Source: Octopus vulgaris (taxonomy: Eukaryota). From it: 64,000 bases of DNA. How positions within the stretch are numbered: position 1 is the first letter of the stretch; every line of letters starts with the position of its first letter. Made by a program: the position numbers and the translations under genes. The stretch lies in contig OX597822.1 in the NCBI GenBank assembly GCA_951406725.2, forward strand, positions 13,082,001 to 13,146,000, written 5' to 3'. The notes below the pieces were generated by a model. The model saw only the letters and a program-made list of their open reading frames with translations. It did not search any database and was not told the DNA's origin. This document shows positions 29,175-44,049 of this stretch, piece by piece.

Positions 29175-29385
29175 TGAACTGGTAGGAAATCGTTAGCATG
29201 CTGGGCAAAATGCTTAGCGGTATTTCGTCCGTCCTTAATTTCTGAGTTCAAATTCCGCCCAGGACCACTTTGCTTCCATCTCCTTCTGCAATCGATGAAA
29301 TAAGTACCAGTTGCGTACTGATATTGAAAATGTCGACTTAACCCCCTACGCCGAATTTGCTGCCCTTGTGCCAAAATTTCAAACC
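29175..29385 (+). mobile_element. SINE family B, degenerate
   Basis: gaaatcgttagcatgctgggc...ctgagttcaaattccgcc...taagtaccagttgcgtactg. Confidence 0.7.
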
Positions 29386-29426
<41 letters not shown>

Positions 29427-30157
29427 TTGTATATGTATATACTGTTTATATATATATAGATCGACCCCAGTACGCAACTGCTACTTATTTATCGACTCCC
29501 ATAGAATAAGTACTAGGCTTACAAAGAATACGTCCTGGGGTCGATTTGTTCAACTAAAGGCGGTGCTCCAGCATGGCTGCAGTCAAATGACTGAAACAAA
29601 TAAAAGAATAAAATAAAAGAAAAACGATTATACATCAAATATATATTATGTCTCAAACTTTATCTTTTACTCGTTCCAGTCATTAGACTGCGGCCTTGCT
29701 GGGGCACCGTCTCGATTTATACTCGACCGTATCGGCCATAGCAGTTTTTGTGCCTCGTACTTATCCTATCGGCCATTTCTACTGAACCGCTAAGTAACGG
29801 GGACCTGAGCACACTAAAACGGATTATCAAGCGGTGTGGTGGTGGTAGTTGGAGAACACAGACACAAATGCATATACACGCATACATACATACTTGCATA
29901 GAAACTTATAGAAAAATTTATATATCACGGCCTACCTGCAGGAATTAATAACTGCCTTCTGTAAAACATATCAGATATCTCCAGAGTTCACCACTGGACA
30001 AATATAAAAAATATTATATTATATTATATTATATTATATTATACTATATTATATTAAATTAGAGATAAAACCACTATTAGGCAAATCAAACAGTGAAAAT
30101 CATAAACCAATACGTAGAAATAAAATTAATTAATAAATATGTATGTATGTATGCATA

Positions 30158-31236
30158 TTTTTTTTTTCTTCTAGTTTCAGCTCACGAGCTGTGGCCATGC
30201 TGGGGCACCGCCATTTGGAGTTGCTACATGGTTTTACTTCACGAATGCTTTTTAGCAACTGCCATTTGGTGCATGAGAGAGTTCGATGCAGCTGCCCTCA
30301 TCTGCACCTCCTGGCGTGAAGTTGGTTCATCTGGGACACCTGACAAGAAGAGATCCAGTTTCATTTTAAAGACATCTGCATCCACCCTATGCAGGTCTCT
30401 TAGGTTCTTCGGGAGGATATTGAAGAGCTGTGGGCCTCGGAAGCCCAGGCTATCACAGTATCTTGTCCTACATCTTGATGGCAAATTTGGAGTCCTAAGC
30501 ACCACGCAGTAGCGCCCAGTTCTGGCATTTGTGTAACTCCCGATGACAAAGTTTGGAACAAGTCCCTCCAGGATCTTCCAGATGTATATTATGGCATATC
30601 TTTCTCGCCTACGCTCCAAGTAATAGAGTTTTAATCTCTTGAGTCTTTCCCAGTAGCCCATACTCTGCACAGAGGCTATCTTCTTCGTGTAGCTACGTTG
30701 GATCGCCTCAAGTTATGTGATCAACTTGACACTGGATGGTGACCATAGCTGAGAGCAATAGTCAAAGTGGCTTAGGAAAAGTGTCCTCCAGAGGACCATC
30801 ATGGTTTCTTGTTCTCTTGTTCTAAAGGTTCTGAGAATCCATCCGGTAGTCGTCTACATTTCATTGCCAATTTAGCAACATGTACACGAAAGGTTGCGTC
30901 ATCACTCATGTAAATACCCAGGTCACGCACTGATTGTGCCTCTGGGATTGCAATTCCTCCGGGTCCAGTGTATTCATTGGGTATTGCATCTAGTTTTGCA
31001 TGCTGATAGTATAAAGCTTGAAACTTCTCAGCATTGAACTGCATGCTATTCTTTTCAGCCCACTTGTATATTTTGTCCAGCTCACATTGTAGGCGTTTAG
31101 TGTCCTCAGGGTTCTGTATTGCCTGTGAAACTTTTGTATCATCTGCATAAGTTGTGATCGTGGCTCTCTGCGTGGCTGAGGGCATGTCTGAGAGGGCCAT
31201 TATGAACAGTAGTGGTCCCAAAACAGTGCCCTGCGG

Positions 31237-31240
<4 letters not shown>
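30158..31240 (-). mobile_element. CR1/L2-group LINE, 5'-truncated copy of the 1-982 family, frameshifted
   Basis: VPQGTVLGPLLFI, TYADDTK, W...MQFNAEK; same 3' UTR; A-rich tail. Confidence 0.92.
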
Positions 31241-31276
<36 letters not shown>

Positions 31277-31378
31277 GATGAGGGTTAGAAATTATATATT
31301 AATTTAATTAACATCGAGTTCACACCAGTGGTCTAGCATATAAAAAAAAATGAACTGAAGGTTCAGTAAAATTGTATT

Positions 31379-31700
31379 ATATACATATTAGAGGGAAACT
31401 GCTATGTGGACACCCTTATGCTAGAAATAGATCCGCTATGGTCTTACCACTAAGAAATGTTCTCAAGAAGAATTTAGCAAAACAACCAAAACTTAATCGA
31501 GCAAGACAAAAGAAAAAGCAATAAAAATATGGATTATCTGCATACATGCTTCACTCCTAACATATTACGTAATGTTACTTAAATTAACGTCCGTGGATCA
31601 TCGTTGTTTTGCTAGATTCTTCTTGAGAACATTTCTTAGTGGTAAGACCATAGCGGATCTATATCTAGCATAAGAGTGTCAGCATAGCGGTTTCACTCTA

Positions 31701-31708
<8 letters not shown>
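31379..31708. repeat. Fold-back module, about 107-bp arms, beside (TA)n
   Basis: 31379-31486 inverted to 31602-31708; carries the tgctagaaatag motif also seen in the hammerhead modules at about 6605 and 23722. Confidence 0.85.
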
Positions 31709-31741
<33 letters not shown>

Positions 31742-31809
31742 GGAGTAAACATATAAATGTGAAACAAGGTGGAAAAAAGAGTACTCAAATACCAGTGGTA
31801 GAGTAATAT

Positions 31810-31882
31810 GAGTTTCTCGTTGCCGTTCATCAGACAGTTTTTGCTAGTCTGATGAACGGCAACGAGAAACTCAGAGTAACAG
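31810..31882 (+). ncRNA. Hammerhead core duplicated as a short inverted repeat
   Basis: gt CTGATGA acggcaacga GAAA ctcagag TA acag (31847-31882); 31810-31835 is the reverse complement of 31847-31872. Confidence 0.65.
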
Positions 31883-31914
31883 ATTTTGTTGAATTTTCTG
31901 CTGCTTAAAATAAA

Positions 31915-31955
<41 letters not shown>

Positions 31956-32109
31956 ATTATTTTGATGCTTAGGGAGTGAGAACATGTTTTACGTTTCGAG
32001 TCTACGCTCTTCAGCACAAAGGAATAAGTGTAAATAGAGAGAGAGAGAAAATGAAAAAATGTTTAGTGATATATATGCATAAATATATATATATAAATAT
32101 TCTTTTATT

Positions 32110-32440
32110 TTTTCTGTCATTTTACTGCACCCATGCTGTAGCATCACCTTTAGTCGAACAAATCCACCCCAGGATTTATTCTTTGTAAGTCTAGGTTCTC
32201 CTTTGCCGAACCGCTAGGTTACGTGACGTAAACACACCAACATCGATTGTCAAGCGATAGTGGTGGTGGAAACACCGACACACAAACATATGTTTATACA
32301 TACATATATACGACGGTCTTCTTTCAATTTCCGTCTACCAAATCCACTCACAAGGTTTTGGTCTACCCGAGGCTATAGTAAAGACACTTGCTCAAGGTAC
32401 CACGCAGTGGGACTGAACCCGGAACCATCTGGTTGGTAAG
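32110..32440 (-). mobile_element. SINE family A
   Basis: cacgcagtgggactgaacccggaacc, aaatccactcacaagg, gccgaaccgcta. Confidence 0.8.
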
Positions 32441-32903
32441 ACTACCAGTTAATTTGCTCTCTGTTAAGTATTCAAAATATGTTATTCAACAGTCAACGTA
32501 TAATTCCAATCAAGTTCTTGTAAGATAAGAAGTTAGAGAAATATTCCGTTAGATAATTGTTTTGGATAATTTCTTAACCATATAGATTACTTTCGTAAAA
32601 ATATTAGCAAGGATTACTCCAAAGTAGCGATGGCATTACTTTGAATTCTATAACTATATATACAGCCTTATAAAACAAGCACATGTTGATCATACCAAGG
32701 GACATCATGTGAAGACCCTGAAGAGACTGCACTGTTTTACATTAGGGCAGCAATTACAACGATTATTCATCGGTGCAAATGAAACATGTGTCGGTCTTAA
32801 AAGTCGGTATATAATTATAGAATTAAAGATAATGCTATTGCTACTTCAGATTCATCCCCATATATCTATATATATATATGCATCTATATATATATGCATA
32901 TAT

Positions 32904-32970
<67 letters not shown>

Positions 32971-33266
32971 TATATATATCTGTGTGTGTATGTGTGTGTG
33001 TATGTGTGTGTGTGTATGTGTGTGTATGAGCTGAAAGTAGATGAAAAAAAAATATATATAAGATAATCTGGAACTCGACTGATAGAAGAAAACTCCGAAT
33101 GACCCCTCCCTGTTATTTTGTTGTCCCATTTTTGTGTTCTTTTATATGCAAACACTCACACATACATACACACACACACACATACACACACATATATACG
33201 TATACAGTATATTCTTAGATGTGTTTGTATACATATGTGTATATATGTGAGAAATATATTTCTATA

Positions 33267-33308
<42 letters not shown>

Positions 33309-34148
33309 CAAATATATGTATATACAAACATATATTCACATGCACGCACGCTCACCTCTACTCTAAGTCGCACTCACACAGTCACGCTCACAGACGGATA
33401 CCAGAACACAGAGAGGGCCATTATAAAATTCTTTTATAATTGAAATTATGTCTAGCATACTACTATATATGGCAGAAATAATCAACGAAGAGGGTGAGTG
33501 AAAGTTTTTATTACATTTTTAAATAGATTTATTCATGAATTCATAAATTTTCAATACGTCTCTCCTCATTAGTTGTACAAACTGTGATATCGCCGATAAA
33601 ATATATGTATCACGATTCCCAATAATCTTTACAGATTAATGATATCATAAATAGACGTAAAGTTATAAATATTTAATATTTAAAATTTAAAATTGCACGT
33701 TACCGTATTTTATACATATAGTTACTTGTATATGTATGAAAGCATGTATATAAGTGTGTCTGTATGCATAGGTGTATACATATACGTATACATGTGATAA
33801 ACATCTACACATATATAGTGTGTATATAAGACGTGCATAAGTAAATATTCTTTTATATACATTTATTTTATATATATACACATATACAAATACACCTATA
33901 TGCATATATACATACATATATATACATACATACTTACACATACACACACACATATATATTTAAAGAGTTAGTTAAATATATGTGAATACAATTATATATA
34001 AAGACTTCTTATGTGGTATATATATATTGTACATATAAGATACATATACATTCGTTCTTTATTAAATATTTATATATAGATGTTTGTAAACATAAATGTG
34101 TATATATATAAATGTATATATATATATGCATATATACATACATATATG

Positions 34149-34209
<61 letters not shown>

Positions 34210-34690
34210 TATGCATACATACATTTATATAACCATCGCCGTGGGAAGTCTGTGTCCGTAGGTGTGTCAGCGTGCCTGAATTTTGATGACATATTTGTAT
34301 ATATATTTAATCGCATCAAATACGTAAATTGTATTAAAAGAGTTTGTTCAAAGACTATGATTATGGCTATGATGATGATGATGAATACGACGATCATGGC
34401 GACGACAACGATTTTGTTGATGATGATGGTGATGATGATGGTGATGACAGTTCAGTTAAAAATGGTTGGTGAAGACCTTAATGTACGACCTATGTAAATA
34501 CTTAATGATAGAAGTGTCTAGAATATTTCCAATCATGTATTTCCCAGAAAGACTGTCACTATTCGTATCCATCTAGGCTGGCGCGTACATTATCTTGTAT
34601 ACATAGGAATACACATACGTTACCTTATAAAGCAATGTAAGTTCCTATGTGCATGTATGTTTGTAAATGTGTGCGTGTGTATGTGTGTGT

Positions 34691-34722
<32 letters not shown>

Positions 34723-34735
34723 TGCTGTATATACG

Positions 34736-34779
<44 letters not shown>

Positions 34780-34862
34780 TTGTATCTTGTGTGTGAGAGA
34801 GAGAGCTTGAGGCAGCAACAGAGAGGCTGTATATACGCGTGATATATATATATATATATATA

Positions 34863-35099
34863 AGAGGCTTGATCAAGAAGTATCCGGACTGTTGTCATAG
34901 AAACAAAACTATAGCACACAGAGTAAAGTCGCTTGGCTCACATTGACTTTGAACTCTGCTGTGCATGCGCACTAACTTTTAACGTTCTAGCCCACTTCTG
35001 CTGTTTTCAGCAGTGCTTAGAAATAAGGTCAATGTGTGCCAAGCGTTCTTTAGCTACGTTACTATAGCAACAGTCCGGATACTTATTGATCAGACCACA
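34863..35099. mobile_element. Mariner-derived MITE
   Basis: TIRs tgatcaagaagtatccggactgttg / caacagtccggatacttattgatca; TA flanks. Confidence 0.75.
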
Positions 35100-35103
35100 T
35101 ATT

Positions 35104-35166
<63 letters not shown>

Positions 35167-35167
<1 letters not shown>

Positions 35168-35585
35168 CGTAGGCCTAGCTGTGTGATGGGGAATTTGATT
35201 CTCAACTACGTACTTCTAGGTTCAGTCCCACCGCATGGCACCTTAGCAAGTGTCTACAGTTACAACCTCGGGCTAGCCAAATCCTTGTGTGTAGATTTGG
35301 TAGACAAAATGTGAAAGAAGCCCGTCGTATATGTGTATGTGTGTGTGTATGTGTGCCTATGTGTGTGTGTGTCCTATCTATGTTTGTGCTCTACCCCCAC
35401 TGATAGCCAGTGTTGTCATGTTTATATTCACGTAAATTAGCGGTTCAGCAAAAGAGAACGATAGAATAAATAAAAAGCTTTTAAAAAATAAGTGCTGGGG
35501 TCGAATCGTTCAACTAAAAATTCTTGAAGGTGGTGCTGTAGCATGGCCGCAGCCTAATGTCTGAAAGAAGTAAAAGATGAAGATA
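35167..35585 (+). mobile_element. SINE family A, diverged
   Basis: ggttcagtccca, gaaagaagcccgtcgtata, tail gcatggccgcagcctaatgtctgaaa. Confidence 0.75.
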
Positions 35586-35875
35586 AAGTTGTGAATATAT
35601 CTTTTAACTTTTGATTTTTATTTGTTTCACTCGTTAGACTGCGGCCATGCAGGCGCACCGCCTTGTAGCATATTCAGTCGACTGAATCGACCCCAGGATT
35701 TATTTTGTATTAAGCCTGGTACTGATTATATCGGTCTTATTTGTCGAACCGCTAAATTACGGGCACGGAAACACACCAACACCAGTTTCCAAGCGGTGAT
35801 GGGGGGACAAACAGACACAAAGACACATTACACACACACACATACATATATATATATGTGTGTGTGTCTGTGTGT

Positions 35876-35930
<55 letters not shown>

Positions 35931-36020
35931 GTGTGTGTGTGTGTGTGTGTGTGTATGCATGTATGTGTGTGCTGAAAATAATAGTGTTTTTTCTCAAATT
36001 TATATTATACTTATATATTG

Positions 36021-36070
<50 letters not shown>

Positions 36071-36386
36071 AAAATAATACAAGGTAGAAAATAAATATAT
36101 ACATATATAAATAATCGTGTAAATACATATATATGCATATATATTAATATAAAGATATATGTGTGTGTATGTGTGTGTATTAGAACTTTTGTGCGTATAT
36201 GCGAGTCTGTGCGCGTGCAGATGTGTGAACGTGTGTTCGTATGTACAGCCAGTTTTTGCGTACGTATTACAAAAACATATAAATAGAAATTGATGGGCAT
36301 GTGTCACCGAAATAGTGAGAAAATCGTAGTTAGGCAGATAGAAAGATATGTAAATAGATAGATAGGCAGATAGATAGATAGATAGG

Positions 36387-36469
<83 letters not shown>

Positions 36470-36870
36470 GCAGACAAATTGATTGTATATTTCATAGACA
36501 ACTCAATGACGTAAAGACGTTTTGACAGTACGTATACCTGTCTCGACGCCATTTTTTCTTAGTCTTCTCTATTTTCTGTATTGTGCTCTATTTTTCAAAC
36601 ACCACTGAAATTGTCCTACAGAATGGAAAAATTATCTGGAAAAAATATCTAACAGAGCACTGAGAGAGCGCAAACCTCCGCCAAGGCAACACCAACGTCC
36701 TCTCAACGATTAGCCAGAAATGATTTTTAAAATGAGAATATCTGAAATATATTTGACCGCTCTCGCAAACGAGAATACTAAAAATAGACCCAACCGCTCT
36801 CAGAAATTAAGTAAAAAAAAAACCGGAATCCTAGTCCAGTACCTGATTGATAAATGGTAGTTATAGAATA

Positions 36871-37373
36871 CTAGCAGTATCGCCTGGCGTTGCTCGGGTT
36901 TGTAAGGGAAATAACTATATAAGCATTTTTAGAGAGTTATAGCAAAAAAATAGCAAAAAAATGTTTTAAAAATGGGGAAAAAATGATGGTAAATTTTTTT
37001 TTTAAATCGTTGACTCATCGTAGACATTTTTAGAGAGTTACTTCCCATATATAATAGCGAAAAAATGCATTAAAAAGGGGAAAAAATGATGGTAATTGTT
37101 TTTTTTAAATCGTTGACTCATCGTAGACATTTTTAGAGAGTTACTTCCCATATATAATAGCGAAAAAATGCATTAAAAAGGGGAAAAAATGATGGTAATT
37201 GTTTTTTAAAATCGTAGATTCATCGTAGATGCGCGCTAATACACAGAAGGGCTCGATATGAATCACGACTATAAGATACCCGCTTTTGGTTAAACTGCAC
37301 CGCAAAATGTGGGAGTAGTTAGGAATCTAAATCGTAGGAGACAGACACACAACTTCTCTTTTATATATAAAGA
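36871..37373 (-). mobile_element. Non-autonomous Helitron (983-1382 family) with an internal ~100-bp tandem duplication
   Basis: ctagcagtatcgcctggcgttgctcgggtt 3' end, TC 5' end; repeated gacatttttagagagttacttcccatatataatagcg unit. Confidence 0.8.
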
Positions 37374-38779
37374 TGTATGTGGCTGTAGAAAATTTAGTAA
37401 CAGAAATAAATAGTTAAATAAATTTCCTTTTGGTGTCTATAAATTAAAGTACTAGTCAAGTATTGGGACTGATGTAATTGACTTGTTGCCCTCTCATCAA
37501 AAACTGCTGGAGCTGTTTCAAAATTTAAAACCGTTATTTGTTCCGGTGAAAAGCGCTGAGCTGGCAGAATTATTACTGCGTCAGACGGCAAAACACTTAC
37601 CAGCATTCCTTTCGCTTTTACGATCTGACTTCAAATGCCACCGTGGTCGAAGTTGCCTTCCATCCTTACGAGGTCAGCAGTGTATAGTATCAGTAAAATA
37701 TTGAGGTAAGTCTAATCGATTTCTCTCTCCCATCAAAATTATAGCCTTTTGCCAACATTTAGGAAATATTTTTTGTTCTGTTTTCCACCGAGTGTGGTTT
37801 TTGCCTTTCATCCTTTGGGATCGATAATAAGAACCGCTTGAGCACTGAATTGACTTCCACCTCAGCAATGCTGGTCTTGAGCCAAAACTTTTAAGCCATT
37901 ATTTTTTTTTCCAGTCAGTTCGTAGAATTGTAAAAGCGTTGGGATAAATATTTCCAGGCATTATTTTCCGGCTCTTTACATTCTGAGTTCAAATGCGTTA
38001 CATTCTCGAGGGTCAATAACTGCGACATTCAAGTACGTGGGCTAATGTTATCGATTTTCCATCTGCCCCCAAAATTACTTGCTTTGTGTCTAATTTTGAA
38101 ACAAAATTTGTTCCTGCTTTTCACGATCAGAGTTCATTCTCACCAAAAGCTAACATTCTTTTACACCCTTTCGTGTTCTGTAAAATGTAGTAAAGTTACC
38201 GATTAAGGAAAGAATATTAGCGAAATTGTAAAAGAATCTTAGGAAACGCTTTGTGGGGTTTGATTCTGGCTCTTTGGGGCCTAACGTCTTTCCTGGTGGA
38301 GTTAATCCATTTAACAACATTTTCTCTCTTCTTATGAATGCTGATGTGGGAAAGGAGTGGTTCAGCAATTGAAGACCTCGTATGGTATCCACTTCTATGG
38401 AACTCCCAAGGAACGCTTTTAGTCGACACTTAGTTGGCAAGGTGTTATTGTACGGTCACATTCGCATCCGTAGTTCGACGGTTTATAGACACAATGTAGA
38501 CATTGTTGTGTGGCTCTTCTTTGTGCTCTTTTTTTTTTTGTCCAAAATAGAAATATACTTCCCAGAGTTTGTTTTGTTTCATTTTTGGGGTCCCAACATG
38601 TTTTAGGGACTGCATTTCTTGAAACTAAGCAATTTTACCGACTGAATTTCGAAACCAAATAGGCCACGCATTGTGGCTAATTCATTTTGGCACACATCAA
38701 TATGTGCCAAAATGAAAAACATAGAGGGCCACACCAGGAAAAAGCAAGACACATACAATGCATACAAACACACACACAC

Positions 38780-38851
<72 letters not shown>

Positions 38852-39424
38852 TAGACAAGTTTTGAATTTGTCACATTGCCAACAGAAAAGTAGTTAAATA
38901 GAGAGTGATGTATCGCTTATTGCGTCCAACCTCTCGGCTGTTTCTGTCTTGTAAATATGGAATATAAAGCAACCTGCACTATTATTGTTGTATCCAGAGA
39001 AGATGAAGACGAAGGAATGTAGGGGGCATATATAATCACAATGGGGTCTGGTTTACAGTTAGAAAGCAGAGCAGCGTTCACCTCTAACAGTGGAACTCTC
39101 TGCAGCATCACCATCACTACCATACCATTATTTCCACCACAACCACCACTGCAATCATCGCAACGAAGACCACTACCAGCAACAATCAAAACAATAAACA
39201 TCAGAACGACCAAGACAAATCAACTGGACATCGCCATCACCACCTCTGCCACCACAATCACTCCCTCAACACTACGAAAACTTAGCATGCACAGATGCTA
39301 CTTCTGGCCAACCACATTTCTACCACCAACACAACCACTGCCATCATCATCATCGCGGCCGCAAGTGCCATTAAGAGATGCAATCACAACTACAACAAAT
39401 ACAGCCACTACAACTACCACCATT

Positions 39425-39679
39425 ACTCTTTTACTTGTTTCAGTCATTTGACTGTGGCCATGCTGCAGCACCGCCTTTAGTCGAGAAAACCGACCCCAGG
39501 ACTTGTTCTTTGTAAGCCTAGTACTTATTCTATCGGTCTCTTTTGCCGAACCGCTATGTTACGGGGACGTAAACACACCAGCATCTGTTGTCAAGCGATG
39601 TTGGGGAAACAAATATAGAGACACACACACACACATACATACATACATACATACATACATACATACATACATACATACA

Positions 39680-39755
<76 letters not shown>

Positions 39756-39830
39756 GCGGTGCCCCAGCATGGCTACAGCTCGTGAGCTGAAACTAGATAA
39801 AATATAAATTTTAAAAAATATATATATGTG

Positions 39831-39893
<63 letters not shown>

Positions 39894-39962
39894 GACGGGC
39901 TTCTTTCAGTTTCCATCTACCAAATCCACTCACAAGGCTTTGGTCGGCCCAAGACTATAGTA
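39425..39962 (-). mobile_element. SINE family A with LINE-tail insert
   Basis: SINE tail and core; insert at 39753-39820. Confidence 0.8.
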
Positions 39963-40454
39963 TAAATGAGAGAGTAAGAGAGATGTCTTCTGCCTGATCA
40001 CTGGGCCTGATAGCACATCTTTCCTACATTGCACAATACCAACTTAAATAACGCCACATTAGATAATGGGATTTGTACCCGCTGAAATATCTGCAGTTAT
40101 AGGCCTCCTGCCTAACTCTGTCAGGGTTAAACAACAATAACCCAACCAGTAGCAGCTGTAGCAGTAGCAGCAGCAACATCACATACTTGCCAACGGCAGG
40201 CTGCGAATCGAAGTGGACGTTCGTCATACAAGAAATAGCAGCCTAAATCTCCCTTAGATCAAATACTGGTGTTTTAAAATCTAAGAACACATTAAGTGAC
40301 TTCGTCCTAGAGAGTTAACAAAACAGAGACGGAATGATCACGGTTGGAATGCCTTGACTCAGACTTATCTGGGCCTAAACAACTTCACAACAATACAGAA
40401 AGGTTATTTCACAAGCACCATCCCTTTTTAGGAGACTGGTGTAGAGATTTTTTA

Positions 40455-41118
<664 letters not shown>

Positions 41119-41802
41119 AAAACTTTTTCTCAGTCTATCGGCCCTGTGTGTATGGCAAAATACAAAAATAAATATAGAGGCAGAATTAAAAACTTAAGTT
41201 GATCAGAGGGGCCAATCCGGTATTAGGAACCCTGAAGCTTATACTTCGTTAGTCTTATAGTAGATCCGCCACTGAAACTACCTGCTAAAAATAGCAGGCA
41301 ATCTCTCTCCTACCACACAGCACGTACTGTTAAAAGAACAACTTTCATAATGATTCCTAAATTACAGTAGCACAGAAGAAAATACGGTAGCGCTATAGAA
41401 GGAGTGGACCTTCATCAAAGGACTATATGTTCTGCTACATCTCTGATAAAACAAAACCAACCACAGCATCGCCACCACTGCCGTTTTCATCGATAATACA
41501 CGTATTGCTCCGTTCCTCACAGTTTGGCAAGCTGATCTAATTACACAGTATCCGGTGAAATACAGCAAATAAGCATCCGTCCCTTGAGGACATAAAACAA
41601 TACGCGTGCGCGCAGGATCGTATGACGATATCACATCACATGACTGTATCGCATAACCTTTTGGGACGCAGATGGCTAAACGCATCAGCAGTGCAAAAGA
41701 TGTGAGTTGATTGGAGGATATCTCAGTGGTGTTCGTGCGTACGAAGGCGTGTGTAAAAAGTATGAATACATCCATACATCCATTCATACATATATGTATC
41801 TC

Positions 41803-41873
<71 letters not shown>

Positions 41874-41888
41874 CTATTCATCCATCCA

Positions 41889-41936
<48 letters not shown>

Positions 41937-42025
41937 CTCTATCTATCTATCTATCTATCTATCTGTCTGTCTGTCTGTCTGTCTGTCCATGTGTCTGCCT
42001 GTCTCTCTGTTTATCTATCTATCTT

Positions 42026-42063
<38 letters not shown>

Positions 42064-42109
42064 CATGTGTCTGTCTGTTTATCTATCTATCTATCTGTCT
42101 ATATGTCTG

Positions 42110-42170
<61 letters not shown>

Positions 42171-42173
42171 TAT

Positions 42174-43615
42174 GGACGGACGATAGTCACATCGACTCCG
42201 AGTATGTTTGCATTTTTGCGATGAAAATTGTGTATTGTTAAATATTCTCATATAAAAGTTGTGCAACAACTAATAATTTCGATCGTGCAAATTGTTTGCA
42301 CGGGAAACCTGCCTTGTGTGGCGTGTTTTCCGATTTTGTGAATTTGTTTTCGACTTTCTTAGCCATTTTTGTTTTGAGTATGGCGTCTTCAAGACATGAA
42401 GACGGTTTTGTAACGAACGCCGGCCACCTTGGCAACTCGTTTGACGTTGATTTCCCAACACTGCCTTCACCACAGCTTCATGAAGGAGGGAATAAGAGGA
42501 GAAGTCTCACACGCGCAGGTACAAGTGTGAGCAAGAATGCCAACACCGCTACCCACACAAGTAACAACAGCGATATTGTCGCAAAGCCGTCGACCTCAAA
42601 AATGAGAATACCAACAATACCAATGCAACTCCACCGTCAACTGCTACAATGGACAACGCTGCCACCAACACTAGCACTACCACCACCACCACCACCACCA
42701 CCACCACCACCGCAAAAGAAAAAGCAAATTTAGCTGAAGCGATACGACAAAAAATAAGATGGCATCGTTCACTACTCAATAAATAAAAGACACTAAATCA
42801 CTACTCCACAAATAAGGCGAAGCCTTACACTTAAACATCCCACAGGATATAGAAGAAATACAGAAAAAAAAGCAATCATATACAAAATATTGAATACAAA
42901 ACCAAAAATACAGAAAACGCAGCACAGGAAAAACTTGAGAAGTATCTTCGCCCTTTATGGACACATAAGGATTACGTCAATTGGTGGCATAAATTTGCCA
43001 CTGTTCAAGTTCGCTTCCACAGCGAAGAATTAGCGAGACAATTTTCGACACTCACTCTTCGCACAGATCAGCTAACAATGAATACCAGCTATCTTGGGCG
43101 AAGATTGCCAACAGTAACAATATAAAATGTGCCTCCAGAAGTAGAGACGCAGGGGCTGTTATCGGCCATTTGTTTCGAAAGGGAGGAAGCACAATATTTT
43201 AGAAATTGCTGTCCTTGAACAGCCAAACTGGGCAGGTAAAAAGCTCGAAATCTTATTGCAAATCAATCAAGAATCGATAAATAATTTACCAACAAATATC
43301 GAATTAGCAGAAGGATACAAGTTGTATGTAGTGGTGGAGGGCAGGAGGCTATGATGCTACATGTGCAACAGTGAGATACATCTAAATTATGATTGTCCAA
43401 CTGCCGTTAAAAACAAAGAACAGCAACAATAACAACAACCAATTCCAAAACCTGCAAGAAAGCCCTGCTACCCACACCACCTTCAAAACAAATGACAGCG
43501 AAAACAACACCAGTAACCGACAACAAAACAAAAAGTGGAGATACAGGAAAAACAGCAGAAGATGCAAAACTAATTCCCCCTATATCGCATACACCTAACA
43601 CAAATAAGCAACAAA
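42174..43615 (+). pseudogene. ORF1 (gag-like) relic of an L1/Tx1-type LINE
   Basis: CCHC knuckle VEGRRL*CYMCNSEIHLNYDCP (C-x2-C-x4-H-x4-C, 43355-43396); low-complexity T/P-rich N- and C-terminal stretches; bounded by microsatellites. Confidence 0.6.
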
Positions 43616-43634
43616 CTGTCTGTCTGTCTGACTG

Positions 43635-43686
<52 letters not shown>

Positions 43687-43708
43687 CCACTTTCTCTCTC
43701 ACTCTATC

Positions 43709-43761
<53 letters not shown>

Positions 43762-44049
43762 CATATATGTATGTATATGTATATGTATATGTATTCATGC
43801 AGACACACACATACATGCACATATACATACATAGATACATAGATACATTATATTTATATATATAAGGCGTAGGAATAGCAGTAGGGTAAGAAGCTTGCTT
43901 CCTAACCACGTGGTTCCGGGTTCAATCCCACTGCGTGGCGCCTTGGGCAAGTGTCATCTACTATAGCTTCGGGCTGATCAGAACCTTGTAGTGGGTTTCT
44001 TAGACGAAAGTGAAAGAAGCCCGTCATGTATATATATATATATATATAA

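Noticed and set aside
38150-38606. Non-repetitive ORFs as host exons
   Set aside because: No recognisable domain or consistent splice signals.
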